This document shows positions 20,358 through 29,701 of a DNA stretch of 64,000 nucleotides, one piece after another. The DNA lies in contig JAFQDF010000033.1 in the NCBI GenBank assembly GCA_017416185.1, positions 92,634 to 156,633 on the forward strand. The letters are read 5' to 3'. The notes under the pieces were generated by a model. It was given only the letters and a program-made list of their open reading frames with translations, was not told where the DNA came from and ran no database searches. A program made the position numbers and the translations under genes. The first letter of the stretch is position 1. Every line of letters starts with the position of its first letter. Origin of the DNA: Clostridia bacterium (GTDB lineage: Bacteria > Bacillota > Clostridia > Oscillospirales > CAG-272).

Positions 20358-20467
20358 AGGTATCAAAGATTAACAAATTGTAAATAAATACAACAAATTT
20401 CGGCAAAAATAAAAAAAACATCATTATACAAATGAGGGGAAAATATTTCAGATCAAAGGAGAGAAAA

Positions 20468-20842
20468 ATGAAAAAAATTATTTGTTTAATACTCATATCC
20501 GTTTTACTTATCCCTATGTCTGTGGGAATTTTTGCTCACGAACAGGAATACACCTTTTTTATAGAGGACGAGGAAATAACCATAACAGGTATGTATACCG
20601 AAGCTGAAGCCTATGAAATAGCATATCTTCATTACTGTATGGAAAACGATATAGAGATTTCCGGTTCTTATGCCATATGTTCCCATGTTTATGAATATCA
20701 GATAGTTACGGCAACTACCCATAAGGCACGTACTACTCAGCCCAGATGCCAGAAATTCAGATACAATATCGGCAGATGTACAAAATGCGTTCACGTAACG
20801 ACCGAGCTGTTGGACACTTGGTATATATATTGCTGTGACTAA
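20468..20842 (+). CDS. Small secreted Cys/His-rich protein
   Basis: AAGGAG RBS, MKKIICL signal peptide, C-terminal CSH..THK..PRC..C.KC...CCD. Confidence 0.65.
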   Translation: MKKIICLILISVLLIPMSVGIFAHEQEYTFFIEDEEITITGMYTEAEAYEIAYLHYCMENDIEISGSYAICSHVYEYQIVTATTHKARTTQPRCQKFRYNIGRCTKCVHVTTELLDTWYIYCCD

Positions 20843-20903
20843 TGTTAAATAAGGGTTCCTTCCCCTCGGAACTCTTTGCAAAATGTTTACGGCTTTATAA
20901 TAC

Positions 20904-20936
20904 CGCAAAAGCCACCCTCAAAGGGTGGCTTTTGCG
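20904..20936 (+). terminator. Intrinsic terminator
   Basis: GCAAAAGCCACCCT-CAA-AGGGTGGCTTTTGC. Confidence 0.75.
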
Positions 20937-21115
20937 CGTTATTTACCTCATTTAATCAAGTAATTGCGGGATATGTATTATTAAATTAATCCTCTATTCC
21001 TTCGCCGACAGAACGGTTTGTTGAAAAAAACATCTTGAAAAATAGTTTTACATATGCTAAACTACTACCAAATACTGCAAATACCTGTTTGCAAAATGAC
21101 GTGGAGGTAAAGTGA

Positions 21116-22288
21116 ATGGATAACGGTTTTAAAAGCGGTCTTGACGTGATATATCTTACCTCCTGTGCGCTTCACAACATAGTTCCGGATAAAAAGAGCG
21201 TTGAAGCAATGGATCTTTCGGCGGTGTTTGTCCAGGCAAAAAGGCATAAAATGCTCTCTGTGACCTGTATGGCGCTTGAGCCTTATTGGGACGAGCTTGA
21301 TCCTGAGCTTATGAAGGTGTGGAGACTGTCGGTAAATCGGGCGATAAAAAGCAGTCTTATGTATTCTGTGGAACGTGAAAAGCTCTTCAGATTTATGGAC
21401 AAAAACGAAATTGCCTATCTTCCCCTAAAGGGTATTATCCTCCAGAACATTTATCCTAAGCTTGGTATGCGGCAGATGGTAGATAACGATATACTTATCG
21501 ATATCAACAAACGTGATCTTGTACGTAATTATATGGTCAATAACGGTTATAAGGTTGACGGTTACGGCAAGGATATCCACGACGTGTATGTAAAGTCTCC
21601 CTTCTTCAACTTTGAGATGCACGTATATCTGGCGATAGAATCTGTAGATGCCGTATTCTATAATTATTATCTCGACGTTTGGCAGAGACTTGAAAGACCG
21701 GACGAAAATAAATACGAGTTCAGGTTTTCGATTGAAGATTTTTATATCTATATTCTTGTTCATGCATACAAGCATTTTAATTATACCGGTGGCGTGGGAC
21801 TCAAACCTTTAACAGATATTTTTGTCTACCTTCGCAAATACGGTGAAAGTTTTAATAAACGGTATCTTGCCACGGAGTTAGAAAAAATAAAACTTACCGT
21901 TTTTGAAAAAAACATACGCTCTTTATCCCAAAAAATATTTGATATTGATGCCGCAAGAGAAAATCGTATTGCAGATATCCTCAATGAGGAAGAAAAACAA
22001 CTGCTGAAATTTTTTATTGATTCGGGAAGCTTCGGAAATAAAAACGTATTATACAGAGGAATGATAGAGAAATTTGCCAACGGCGACGGTAAGATAACCA
22101 AATCCGGAAAGGCGAAGTATATAATTAACAGGCTCTTTCCCACAGGTCCGTACGTTAAGGAAAACTATCCGTTTTTTCACCGTCATAAAGCACTTCTTCC
22201 TGTTATGTGGGTGTATAGATTCTTCTCGAAAATATTTGTAAAATTCAAACACGTATGTAAACAAATAAGATTTATAAGTAAGCAATAA
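21116..22288 (+). CDS. Uncharacterised nucleotidyltransferase family protein (NTP_transf_5-like)
   Basis: LPLKG...YP..GMRQMVDNDIL, FEMH, HAYKH; paralog of 57821-58996. Confidence 0.8.
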   Translation: MDNGFKSGLDVIYLTSCALHNIVPDKKSVEAMDLSAVFVQAKRHKMLSVTCMALEPYWDELDPELMKVWRLSVNRAIKSSLMYSVEREKLFRFMDKNEIAYLPLKGIILQNIYPKLGMRQMVDNDILIDINKRDLVRNYMVNNGYKVDGYGKDIHDVYVKSPFFNFEMHVYLAIESVDAVFYNYYLDVWQRLERPDENKYEFRFSIEDFYIYILVHAYKHFNYTGGVGLKPLTDIFVYLRKYGESFNKRYLATELEKIKLTVFEKNIRSLSQKIFDIDAARENRIADILNEEEKQLLKFFIDSGSFGNKNVLYRGMIEKFANGDGKITKSGKAKYIINRLFPTGPYVKENYPFFHRHKALLPVMWVYRFFSKIFVKFKHVCKQIRFISKQ

Positions 22289-22298
22289 TAAAAGTTAC

Positions 22299-22325
22299 AA
22301 AACCACCCATGACAGGGTGGTTTTT
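22299..22325. terminator. Bidirectional terminator
   Basis: AAAACCACCC-ATGACA-GGGTGGTTTTT between convergent genes. Confidence 0.75.
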
Positions 22326-22335
22326 GTGAATTGTT

Positions 22336-22554
22336 TTATTCGGGGTCAAGCAATTCGGAAACGGTCATACCCGTATAAGCTGCTATCTTCTGTACAGTAC
22401 TCACCTTAACGTCATCCGCCACATTTTCTATAGAACTCATAGTATAGTGACTTATGTCGCAATGTTCGGCAAACTCAAGCTGACTTTCTCTGTGTTCGTG
22501 CCGAAATTTCAATATCTTTTTAGATAGCGCCTCTAACTCAGGCATAACGTTCAC
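22336..22554 (-). CDS. XRE-family HTH regulator
   Basis: SQLEFAEHCDISHYTMSSIEN...TVQKIA; GGAGG-like RBS. Confidence 0.8.
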   Translation of the reverse strand: MNVMPELEALSKKILKFRHEHRESQLEFAEHCDISHYTMSSIENVADDVKVSTVQKIAAYTGMTVSELLDPE

Positions 22555-22600
22555 CGTCCTCTTTTATATAAATGACGGTTTTGTCCTAAATGCTGAATTT

Positions 22601-22813
22601 TTAGTTAACTTTTCTAACAAAAAGGATATCTTCCGACACGTCTTCAAGATGTATAGGACTAAGTTGCAATACAGTACAAAGATTTGCAAATTCAACAGCT
22701 TTATCCTCAGACTCAAACAGACCGTCTGATCTGCATACAGCTTCACCGTTTTCATGTGCCTCTATGCCATATTTGCACCCGTCGTAACATACACGGTATT
22801 TAAACATCTTCAC
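22601..22813 (-). CDS. Small hypothetical protein (DUF6514-like)
   Basis: YGIE...F.N.C...QLSPIHLEDV motif; AAGGAG RBS. Confidence 0.55.
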   Translation of the reverse strand: MKMFKYRVCYDGCKYGIEAHENGEAVCRSDGLFESEDKAVEFANLCTVLQLSPIHLEDVSEDILFVRKVN

Positions 22814-22879
22814 TCTCCTTTACAGTTTTTAGGTTACCAACAACGTAAGTATATTGTACTCCCTGTCGAAAAATATCGC

Positions 22880-22897
22880 TAACAGTTATAACTGTTA
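22880..22897. promoter_or_regulatory. Perfect 18-bp palindrome, probable operator
   Basis: TAACAGTTATAACTGTTA upstream of the DUF6514-like/HTH operon. Confidence 0.55.
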
Positions 22898-23014
22898 TTT
22901 GCCTTGAGCTCCTTCTTTCAAACGATTTGCTTGTTCTGAAAGTAATTCTAAAATAATAAACGTACCGTAGATTTTTAATCCGCGGTACGTTTTTTGTTGA
23001 TATTAAAATGTTAT

Positions 23015-23218
23015 TTACATTAAACTCTCTTTTGCTCTTTTTTCGAGCGAGTATGTTCTGTATTTTATCTTACGTATCATATTGTTATGATCTATCTCGG
23101 AAATAAACCCTGATTTTAAGGCATAATTGTTGAGAAACAAAAGATATGCTTCCTCTACCCATATCCTTTCCCCGATATATTCGGGTATAGTTTTGTCCGG
23201 CTCTTTTTTCATAGCCAT
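23015..23218 (-). CDS. Small hypothetical protein
   Basis: Strong GGGAGG RBS and downstream terminator hairpin (~22958-22995). Confidence 0.55.
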   Translation of the reverse strand: MAMKKEPDKTIPEYIGERIWVEEAYLLFLNNYALKSGFISEIDHNNMIRKIKYRTYSLEKRAKESLM

Positions 23219-23387
23219 ACCTCCCTTAGGTGAGGAGGATGGTTAATAAAGCCTATTTCTGAACACCTTGTATTTATGATACCTCAAGCCTCACCGTTTA
23301 TCATTAACGTCCGGAAACAGTCCGTCCGTTATGATGATTGCCATAAGGTCTTATTTTAAATCATACAATTTGAATTATTGCAGTGAT

Positions 23388-23819
23388 TTATTTATGTTTT
23401 CTTGCGTAGGATTCTTTCAGACGATCGATAGCCATTTCAGGACTCATGGTATGATACATCAAATACATTGCTCTCATTATGGAAGCAGGAGCTTGCTTGT
23501 AGATCTCTTTGCTCGTTTCTCCTGTATAGAAGTGCCAATATCGGTAGAGATACCCGGACCAGTAAAGTGTTTCATTGTCAAACAAATCCCCGTTTGTTGC
23601 AAGTGTATCTGCATTTTGCTCTTTCAGTCGGTCGATGATATATCCCTGACCCGCCCATTGCATATGATTGAAGGTCTTATCAAGATCAACTGCTGTATCA
23701 GAAAGCATAAAAGTCTTGATGAAAGATTCACTTGAAAAGCCTTCGGCGGCAGACATCTCAAAAAGTTTGCCCTGCATATCGCACAAAGTTAATTCGAACA
23801 CATCAAGCATTTTATTCAC
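23388..23819 (-). CDS. Hypothetical partner of DUF3990 protein (putative antitoxin)
   Basis: Translationally coupled to upstream gene; QGKLFE, YWSGYLYRYW, YHTMS motifs. Confidence 0.6.
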   Translation of the reverse strand: MNKMLDVFELTLCDMQGKLFEMSAAEGFSSESFIKTFMLSDTAVDLDKTFNHMQWAGQGYIIDRLKEQNADTLATNGDLFDNETLYWSGYLYRYWHFYTGETSKEIYKQAPASIMRAMYLMYHTMSPEMAIDRLKESYARKHK

Positions 23820-24657
23820 CTCTCAAAATTTCATCAAAATACTTGCCTTCACGTCTATATCGTTTTTCTATTTGGTTTGCAATATCATAGCTCTCTTTTC
23901 TGCGTACGGTTGCTTTTTCCTGAAGGGCGGTAAGCTCCATCTGATAAATATCCGATTCTGAAATTACAGAGAACGCATCACATCCTTTTTGGGTCTTAGC
24001 AACATATTGTTTGCCAAGATCGAGAGCGACCAAGCATTTCATAAGGGCGGTGTCGGTAATATCTCCATTGAAGAAACGGGTAAGCTCGGTATAAAGACGG
24101 TCATCTGCAATGTGACCGATCACTATATCGTAATCATCAAACAGGTGAGCATATTTCTCGTACAGCTCGCTGTCTTTTACTGTATCCATATAGCCACGGT
24201 GATATGCAACTACCATTGCCCAATCCAACCCGAGTTCAAGATCAAGAACCTTCAATCCATCGAGTATCAAACCTACAGCATAGAACTTTGGATTAGGTTC
24301 ACCGCAAACCAAAGTCAAAGGCTGAATGGTATCAGTACCGGTATAGAAACCTATACCGAAATCGCAGTCCTCTCGGCTCTTAGGTTGAATTTTTCCTTTG
24401 AGCCCTTCTTTAGAACCGTGATATAAAATAAGCATATCGTCACCGTGTTCGTAACGATACTTCTCTACGATTACTTCAGCTATATCAATATTATGATTAT
24501 TACAAAAAAGATTGAGTTGGTTCTGAGCCATAGGATTAGGTATCGACTTGCCGTTCTCCCAACGGTTAACCGAAACTACTGTAGTCCCGATTTCTTTAGC
24601 AAATTGTTCTTGGCTCATGTTTGTAAACTCACGCATCTTCTTGATCAAATATTTCAT
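23812..24657 (-). CDS. XRE HTH fused to DUF3990 domain
   Basis: N-terminal SQEQFAKEIGTTVVSVNRWENG; LYHGS, DFGIGFY, YDIVIGHIADD, LGKQY. Confidence 0.75.
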   Translation of the reverse strand: MKYLIKKMREFTNMSQEQFAKEIGTTVVSVNRWENGKSIPNPMAQNQLNLFCNNHNIDIAEVIVEKYRYEHGDDMLILYHGSKEGLKGKIQPKSREDCDFGIGFYTGTDTIQPLTLVCGEPNPKFYAVGLILDGLKVLDLELGLDWAMVVAYHRGYMDTVKDSELYEKYAHLFDDYDIVIGHIADDRLYTELTRFFNGDITDTALMKCLVALDLGKQYVAKTQKGCDAFSVISESDIYQMELTALQEKATVRRKESYDIANQIEKRYRREGKYFDEILRGE

Positions 24658-24666
24658 GCAAAACCC

Positions 24667-24718
24667 ACCTATCATTTGTTTTCAATTTTATTATATACTA
24701 TGATAGGTAATTTGTCAA
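24667..24718 (-). promoter_or_regulatory. Consensus promoter with overlapping inverted-repeat operator
   Basis: TTGACA-17 nt-TATAAT (24718-24690); ACCTATCAT (24667) / ATGATAGGT (24700). Confidence 0.7.
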
Positions 24719-24981
24719 CTGTTCGCTTTTAAGAGCCGCTTTGCGAATTGCATTTTAAGCATAGTGGTTTCGCCAATCTTACGCAGGCCGCAAGCAAAAT
24801 TATAAACCTCGGCTAAAATACGATTGCGTCGCATTTTAGCCGAGGTTTTGTTCTGTTTATATATTATCGGTCTTATAAGAGTTATACGGTTATACTTATC
24901 CTATATGTACACTCTTCTTCGTGTCCGATAACGGTGCGGTTTTTACGATGAAATTTCATAATTCGTATGGGAGTCACGTTT

Positions 24982-25026
24982 AAGAAGATGATCGAGAAGT
25001 ACGAGCGCGATCTCGCCTCCAAGTAA
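24982..25026 (+). pseudogene. 3' fragment resembling an alpha/beta small acid-soluble spore protein gene
   Basis: Encodes KKMIEKYERDLASK-stop, like SASP C-terminus (VK.MI..YE..L); N-terminal part absent. Confidence 0.45.
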
Positions 25027-25243
25027 ACAGGGTCGAAGACCCTGTACCCATTAATCGGCAGGGACCAGTCCCTGCACCCATTAATCGGGTGAAGTTTAGC
25101 TAAAGGCTTTTATTATCACACGATGGGTAGCTCTGCGAAACTTCGGCAGAATAAAATTCCTGCACCCATCAATCGGCAGGGAGCAGTCCCTGCACCCATT
25201 AATCGGGTGTAACTGATCTAAAAGCTTTTACTGTCACACGATG
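25027..25243. repeat. Two 118-bp-period direct repeats containing four CCTG(C/T)ACCCAT(T/C)AATCGG units and GC hairpins (REP-like)
   Basis: Units at 25041, 25071, 25159, 25189; hairpins ACAGGGTC-GAA-GACCCTGT, GCAGGGAC-CA-GTCCCTGC. Confidence 0.8.
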
Positions 25244-25387
25244 ATGCTGTAATCGAGGTGTTCATGATATAAGATAAAGCTACTATAACCGTTTGTTCTG
25301 TATAGAATGAACAGTTAAAGGTATTTATCTTATACAGAACAACCGTATAAGCGATCAAAAAACCTCCCCAACAGGGGAGGTTTTTAT

Positions 25388-26470
25388 CTAAGCTTTCTTT
25401 TTAACAGGCTTTTTTCCTGACAGTACATAATTTACCGTGGGTAAATACTTTTCCAGCAGAATACAAAAGATATTGATCAAAATCAGGGTAAGAACTATTG
25501 TAACTATAAAATTAGGGATAAACAGCTCCTCACGTCGAGGCAAGAAGATAGTGATCAACTTTGTAATAATTGCCGAAACATTCGTGTGTATGGCAAAAAC
25601 CATAAAGGATCGGGTGTATAAGGGTCTTTCCTTCATTCTGTCAATAAATGCATCAAATATACACCAAAGAGAAACTGCACAGAGTATATATACAAGGGTA
25701 GTAACAAACGGTTTTGCGGTATAGGTTGAGTCGGGGAATATATTTTTGAGTACGATTATAACAGTCAGAAATACCCCCGAAGCTATACGGGCGGGGATAG
25801 GAGATTTTTTGCACAGATGATCAAAATAATGCTTACCCAGAATGCCGCCGAAAATGAAGTAAATGATCGAATCCTCATTTGTGGAAACGGTTATGGGAAG
25901 ACTGATGTTAAATATCAGAAGCACCGATAAAACAAGCATTGTTCCCATGCCGACATATTTGTTCTTGATTACAAGATTTATCAACGGAGAAAGCACTATA
26001 AAAATCATCAGATCCAGGATAAACCAAAAGGGTATAACGCACTTATGCAGGAATATGCCGCTGAGGATATTGGGTAAAGTAATCTCAAAGATCGGTCTGC
26101 CTATGAAAAATCGGGAAATAAAGGTATGAGAACAAATAATATCAAAAAGCATCCATATTGTATTCCAGGCAAGGTAGGGTATCAACAGGGTAAACACTCT
26201 TGACTTGAGTTTGCCGAAATACTGTTTGACCTCAAAATTTCTGAAAAATGCTATTCCGGAAAGTATAAAAAACATGGGAACGGCAAAACGGGAAATTGAT
26301 TCGGTAAAGAAAAAATTGAATTTTTGATTTACAACAGATACTATTCCTTCTCCATGGCCATACTGTCCGTATGTTGATATGTGGATCATAAAAACAAGTA
26401 TGCTGAGCACATAAGAAATAATAGTCTTCTTTTTCCAGAATAGCTGTGGTGTTGAAGCATTCAGATCCAT
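25388..26470 (-). CDS. Acyltransferase family 3 (membrane O-acyltransferase)
   Basis: LVFMIH, RFAVPMFFILSG, LLIPYLAW, FWFI; multi-TM. Confidence 0.82.
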   Translation of the reverse strand: MDLNASTPQLFWKKKTIISYVLSILVFMIHISTYGQYGHGEGIVSVVNQKFNFFFTESISRFAVPMFFILSGIAFFRNFEVKQYFGKLKSRVFTLLIPYLAWNTIWMLFDIICSHTFISRFFIGRPIFEITLPNILSGIFLHKCVIPFWFILDLMIFIVLSPLINLVIKNKYVGMGTMLVLSVLLIFNISLPITVSTNEDSIIYFIFGGILGKHYFDHLCKKSPIPARIASGVFLTVIIVLKNIFPDSTYTAKPFVTTLVYILCAVSLWCIFDAFIDRMKERPLYTRSFMVFAIHTNVSAIITKLITIFLPRREELFIPNFIVTIVLTLILINIFCILLEKYLPTVNYVLSGKKPVKKKA

Positions 26471-26487
26471 AAAAACCTCCGTATAGC

Positions 26488-26730
26488 TTATTTTATTTCC
26501 TGTTCCAGATTTTCAAATTCTTCCGTGTCAAAAAACTCCTTGAGAGTTATTTCCAAGCCATCGCATATCATTTTCAGAGTAAGAATTTTCGGATTATGAC
26601 TTTTTCCGTAAAGTATATTTTTTATGGAAGAGGGCGGCAAACCGCAAATATTTGCTAACTTGTTTATTGAAATATTTCTTTCTCCGCACAGATGTAAAAT
26701 GCGGTTTTTGATCACAGAAACAGTATCCAT
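26488..26730 (-). CDS. XRE-family HTH regulator
   Basis: ISINKLANICGLPPSSIKNIL..NPKILTLKMICDGL. Confidence 0.85.
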   Translation of the reverse strand: MDTVSVIKNRILHLCGERNISINKLANICGLPPSSIKNILYGKSHNPKILTLKMICDGLEITLKEFFDTEEFENLEQEIK

Positions 26731-26790
26731 TCCAAATTCTCCTTACTATTCATGTTCCATATAATAGGATACAAAAAATAATAAAAAAAT

Positions 26791-26830
26791 ATAGGCTATG
26801 TGTGATACTGTTAGTCTACACATAGCCTAT
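26791..26830. promoter_or_regulatory. 13-bp inverted repeat upstream of HTH gene (probable operator)
   Basis: ATAGGCTATGTGT-14 nt-ACACATAGCCTAT. Confidence 0.55.
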
Positions 26831-26873
26831 AACTAAAAGTTTATATTAAAAATAGTGAACCGTAATTTAAAAA

Positions 26874-26902
26874 TCTCCCGTAGCAGATACCGCTGCGGGA
26901 GA
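26874..26902 (-). terminator. Probable terminator ending cluster 2
   Basis: TCTCCCGCAGC..GCTACGGGAGA followed by T-run on minus strand. Confidence 0.65.
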
Positions 26903-26916
26903 ATTGTGATTTTGAT

Positions 26917-27426
26917 TCAGTTTACCGTCATACCGTGGTCGTATACAAGATGAGAAATTATGACATTGAGATCCTCGCACAGTATAGCATATTCCTCGGA
27001 AAATTCTTCAGGGACAAGCTCTGTTCCTTCAAGGGTATGGTCATCGCAATATACCTCTACGCTTGTGTCTTCATAGGGCAGGTCGCCGATCTTAAAGGCG
27101 TTTTCTGTTTCGATCTTGCCGAAAACTATGTCATACAGAGGAATACTCAGATCATTATACTTAGCCTTGAAGATAACCCTGAAATTTTCTCCCTCCTCGA
27201 CTGTAGTAACATCTACCTTTCCGACCCACTCTATGGGGTAACTCAACGTTCCGTATGGAGTTTCAAACTCGTTTGTTTCAACGTCTGTTTTATAGTACTC
27301 TGTGCTGCCACTCGTTTCTGTGTCCTTCTCGGTTTCTGTTTTCGGAGCGGAAGGAGCTTCTTTTTTGCAAGCACAGATGCAGACAAGCATCGCTGCTACC
27401 ATCAATAATGCTATAATTTTTTTCAT
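26917..27426 (-). CDS. Hypothetical lipoprotein
   Basis: MKKIIALLMVAAMLVCICAC lipobox-like signal. Confidence 0.7.
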   Translation of the reverse strand: MKKIIALLMVAAMLVCICACKKEAPSAPKTETEKDTETSGSTEYYKTDVETNEFETPYGTLSYPIEWVGKVDVTTVEEGENFRVIFKAKYNDLSIPLYDIVFGKIETENAFKIGDLPYEDTSVEVYCDDHTLEGTELVPEEFSEEYAILCEDLNVIISHLVYDHGMTVN

Positions 27427-27450
27427 AACGTATACCTCGCTGTTTTCAGA

Positions 27451-28185
27451 TTAATAAATCTTGCTTACAATACCGTAGTTCTTCTTCTTGTTGGTATCGT
27501 CACCGACATGGTACATACCCTCAACGGTAAAGTCGTCCCAGGGATGCTCCCTCTTTCTAAGAAGGATCTCAAATGCACGAAGCACGCTGCCCTGGCTCAT
27601 AAGAAGTATCTTCTTGCCTGCGTAATTTTCGTTGATATAGTCCATAACATCAACGCAGTTAGCAATTACCATACCCCAGGAAGTACCGCTCTTTGTTCTT
27701 GCGAACATATTGTTTTCTAACTCACGGGCGATAAATGTGGGGGTCTGATGGATCTCCTCGAAGGACTTATATTCCCAGCCTGTGTTATCGATACCGTGGA
27801 GCTTATGTACCTTTATTGCCTCAAATTTCTGCGGATGAGACATAATTATCTCCTGCGTATGTACAACTCTGGGAATAGGACCGTAGAGAGCAACGTCAAA
27901 ATCATAAGGATCAAGCTCGGTTGCCTGCTTACGGGTAATAGCCTCACCGTTTTCGGTAAAGCCGCAGTTATCGGATGTGTCGCTCATAAACTCGTGCTTT
28001 GCAACCGCCATAGTTTCAGCGTGACGGATAAGGTGGATGGATGCAGCTCTCACCTCGAGAGGCTTGGTACCCTCGATATAGTCGATCTTACCTGTGTACT
28101 GGTCAATATCTATTCCCCATCTGAGAAGATTCTTGGTGATATGAACTCTCTCTGATACAGGAATGCTGTTTACATCAAAATTCAT
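27451..28185 (-). CDS. Histidine phosphatase (phosphoglycerate mutase-like) family protein
   Basis: LIRHAET motif, P..RV..T, LLMSQG. Confidence 0.7.
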   Translation of the reverse strand: MNFDVNSIPVSERVHITKNLLRWGIDIDQYTGKIDYIEGTKPLEVRAASIHLIRHAETMAVAKHEFMSDTSDNCGFTENGEAITRKQATELDPYDFDVALYGPIPRVVHTQEIIMSHPQKFEAIKVHKLHGIDNTGWEYKSFEEIHQTPTFIARELENNMFARTKSGTSWGMVIANCVDVMDYINENYAGKKILLMSQGSVLRAFEILLRKREHPWDDFTVEGMYHVGDDTNKKKNYGIVSKIY

Positions 28186-28203
28186 TAATTCTCTCCTTGA
28201 TTT

Positions 28204-28770
28204 TTACTTCTGTAATAATTTGATTACTTTATCTGTCAAGTTATTTTCAACGATGTAGTCATATACCGCCTTGGGTACCATATCGCTCCAGTCAACACCG
28301 TCTACGATCTTCTGTCTGATCTCGGTAGAGCACATTGCTTTCTCTCTCTTATCGAAAAGTACATGGGTACCGTATCCCAGCTCTCCCAGTCTGTGAAGCT
28401 TTTCATAGCCCCAATCATCATAGATAGTAAAGAAGGATGTAGCGTGGAGAGGTACATAGTTATACAGTATCTCAGGACGCTCTATAGGATAAGGAGTTAT
28501 CTCAAAATCCTCTCTCGGAATTCCAGCCTCCAAAAGGGCGAGCTTTACCATATTAAATCTTTCATAATAGGTAAAGGGGTTTGCTGCCGCTTCGCTTCTG
28601 TGAGGATCTATGTCTTCACGGATAAGCGTAGCGTTCTCGGGGGAAGTGATTCCCACGATGAGCTTTTTGCACTGCTCCTTTGCGAGCAGGGCGTAGTTCA
28701 GGTGATCATTGTGAAACAGTTGAAATCTGCCATGAATGAATCCTAATTCTACCATAGTTTCAACCTCCAA
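28204..28770 (-). CDS. Cytidylyltransferase / NMN-adenylyltransferase-like protein
   Basis: GRFQLFHNDH (HxGH-like), NPFTYYER, CSTEIR. Confidence 0.8.
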   Translation of the reverse strand: MEVETMVELGFIHGRFQLFHNDHLNYALLAKEQCKKLIVGITSPENATLIREDIDPHRSEAAANPFTYYERFNMVKLALLEAGIPREDFEITPYPIERPEILYNYVPLHATSFFTIYDDWGYEKLHRLGELGYGTHVLFDKREKAMCSTEIRQKIVDGVDWSDMVPKAVYDYIVENNLTDKVIKLLQK

Positions 28771-29689
28771 TATTTTTTGAAATTATATTTTTAATAATCT
28801 CTTTACGTAGGTAAGGAACCGGTGATATTGCAACCCCCGATTCAAAACGGACACCGAAGACCTCCTCGAGTCCTGTCTGACAAACCGAATTGTCAGTAAC
28901 AAAATAACTGCAACGGTGTTTTATATCTATAATGTTCATCAACCAGTTGTCCTTACCGTCGAAGTACTGCCTTATCTCAGGCAGCTTTTTTATTATGCCC
29001 TCCCCGTCCCAGACACAGAGCTGTGCCATACGGGATGGGAGAATATTATTATTGTTTATAGCCTTGATATCATTGAAAATTGCATTTTTCAGGTCAGACT
29101 CAACGCTTTTCTGCACCTCGGAAAAATAAGCAGCGCACCACTCTTCACCAATACTTTCTTTTCTGCACAGAGCCTTAAAAACCTCTCTGTCCTCCTCGGT
29201 TGTGTTTGATGAGGTAAGGTTAAGAGTATTGTCAAGGATAGCCGCAACAAGAAGTCTTGCCGTATGCCCCGACATTTTATCCTCAAGACCTGCCTTTTTC
29301 CACTCACGGTATATGAGAGTTGCTGCAGCACCGATAAACTCGATGTTCGTACCGTCACCGATACGGCTTGTCCAGTATTCCTCAAAGCCAACGTGATGGT
29401 CATAGACCTTGATGATATTATCCAAAGGAACATTATCCTTAAGGTAATTCGGGTCGGATACGTCAACAATTATATATTTTGCTTTTTCCTCAATCTCTTT
29501 CGGCAAAGAGGTTACAAGCAGCCCTTTTTCTATAAGGGAAGGACACACGCTGTAATTACAGGGAGCGTCCGAATAAGCTACAGCATCAATTCCCTTTAAG
29601 TGAAGTAGCTCTGCCAGGGCTATACTGCAGGCATAGGCATCTATATCAAGATAGGTGGCTCCTGCGGTGACTATTATACGGTTCATCAA
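28760..29689 (-). CDS. DHH-family phosphoesterase (Mn-dependent pyrophosphatase-like)
   Basis: DIDA, IIVD, YDHH, GAAAT, AILDNT, RK C-terminal motif. Confidence 0.8.
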   Translation of the reverse strand: MMNRIIVTAGATYLDIDAYACSIALAELLHLKGIDAVAYSDAPCNYSVCPSLIEKGLLVTSLPKEIEEKAKYIIVDVSDPNYLKDNVPLDNIIKVYDHHVGFEEYWTSRIGDGTNIEFIGAAATLIYREWKKAGLEDKMSGHTARLLVAAILDNTLNLTSSNTTEEDREVFKALCRKESIGEEWCAAYFSEVQKSVESDLKNAIFNDIKAINNNNILPSRMAQLCVWDGEGIIKKLPEIRQYFDGKDNWLMNIIDIKHRCSYFVTDNSVCQTGLEEVFGVRFESGVAISPVPYLRKEIIKNIISKNIGG

Positions 29690-29701
29690 AAAACTGATCC
29701 T

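Noticed and set aside
25027-25243. Possible CRISPR array
   Set aside because: Repeats of 18 bp with 12-nt and ~70-nt spacers that are themselves repeated; no cas genes
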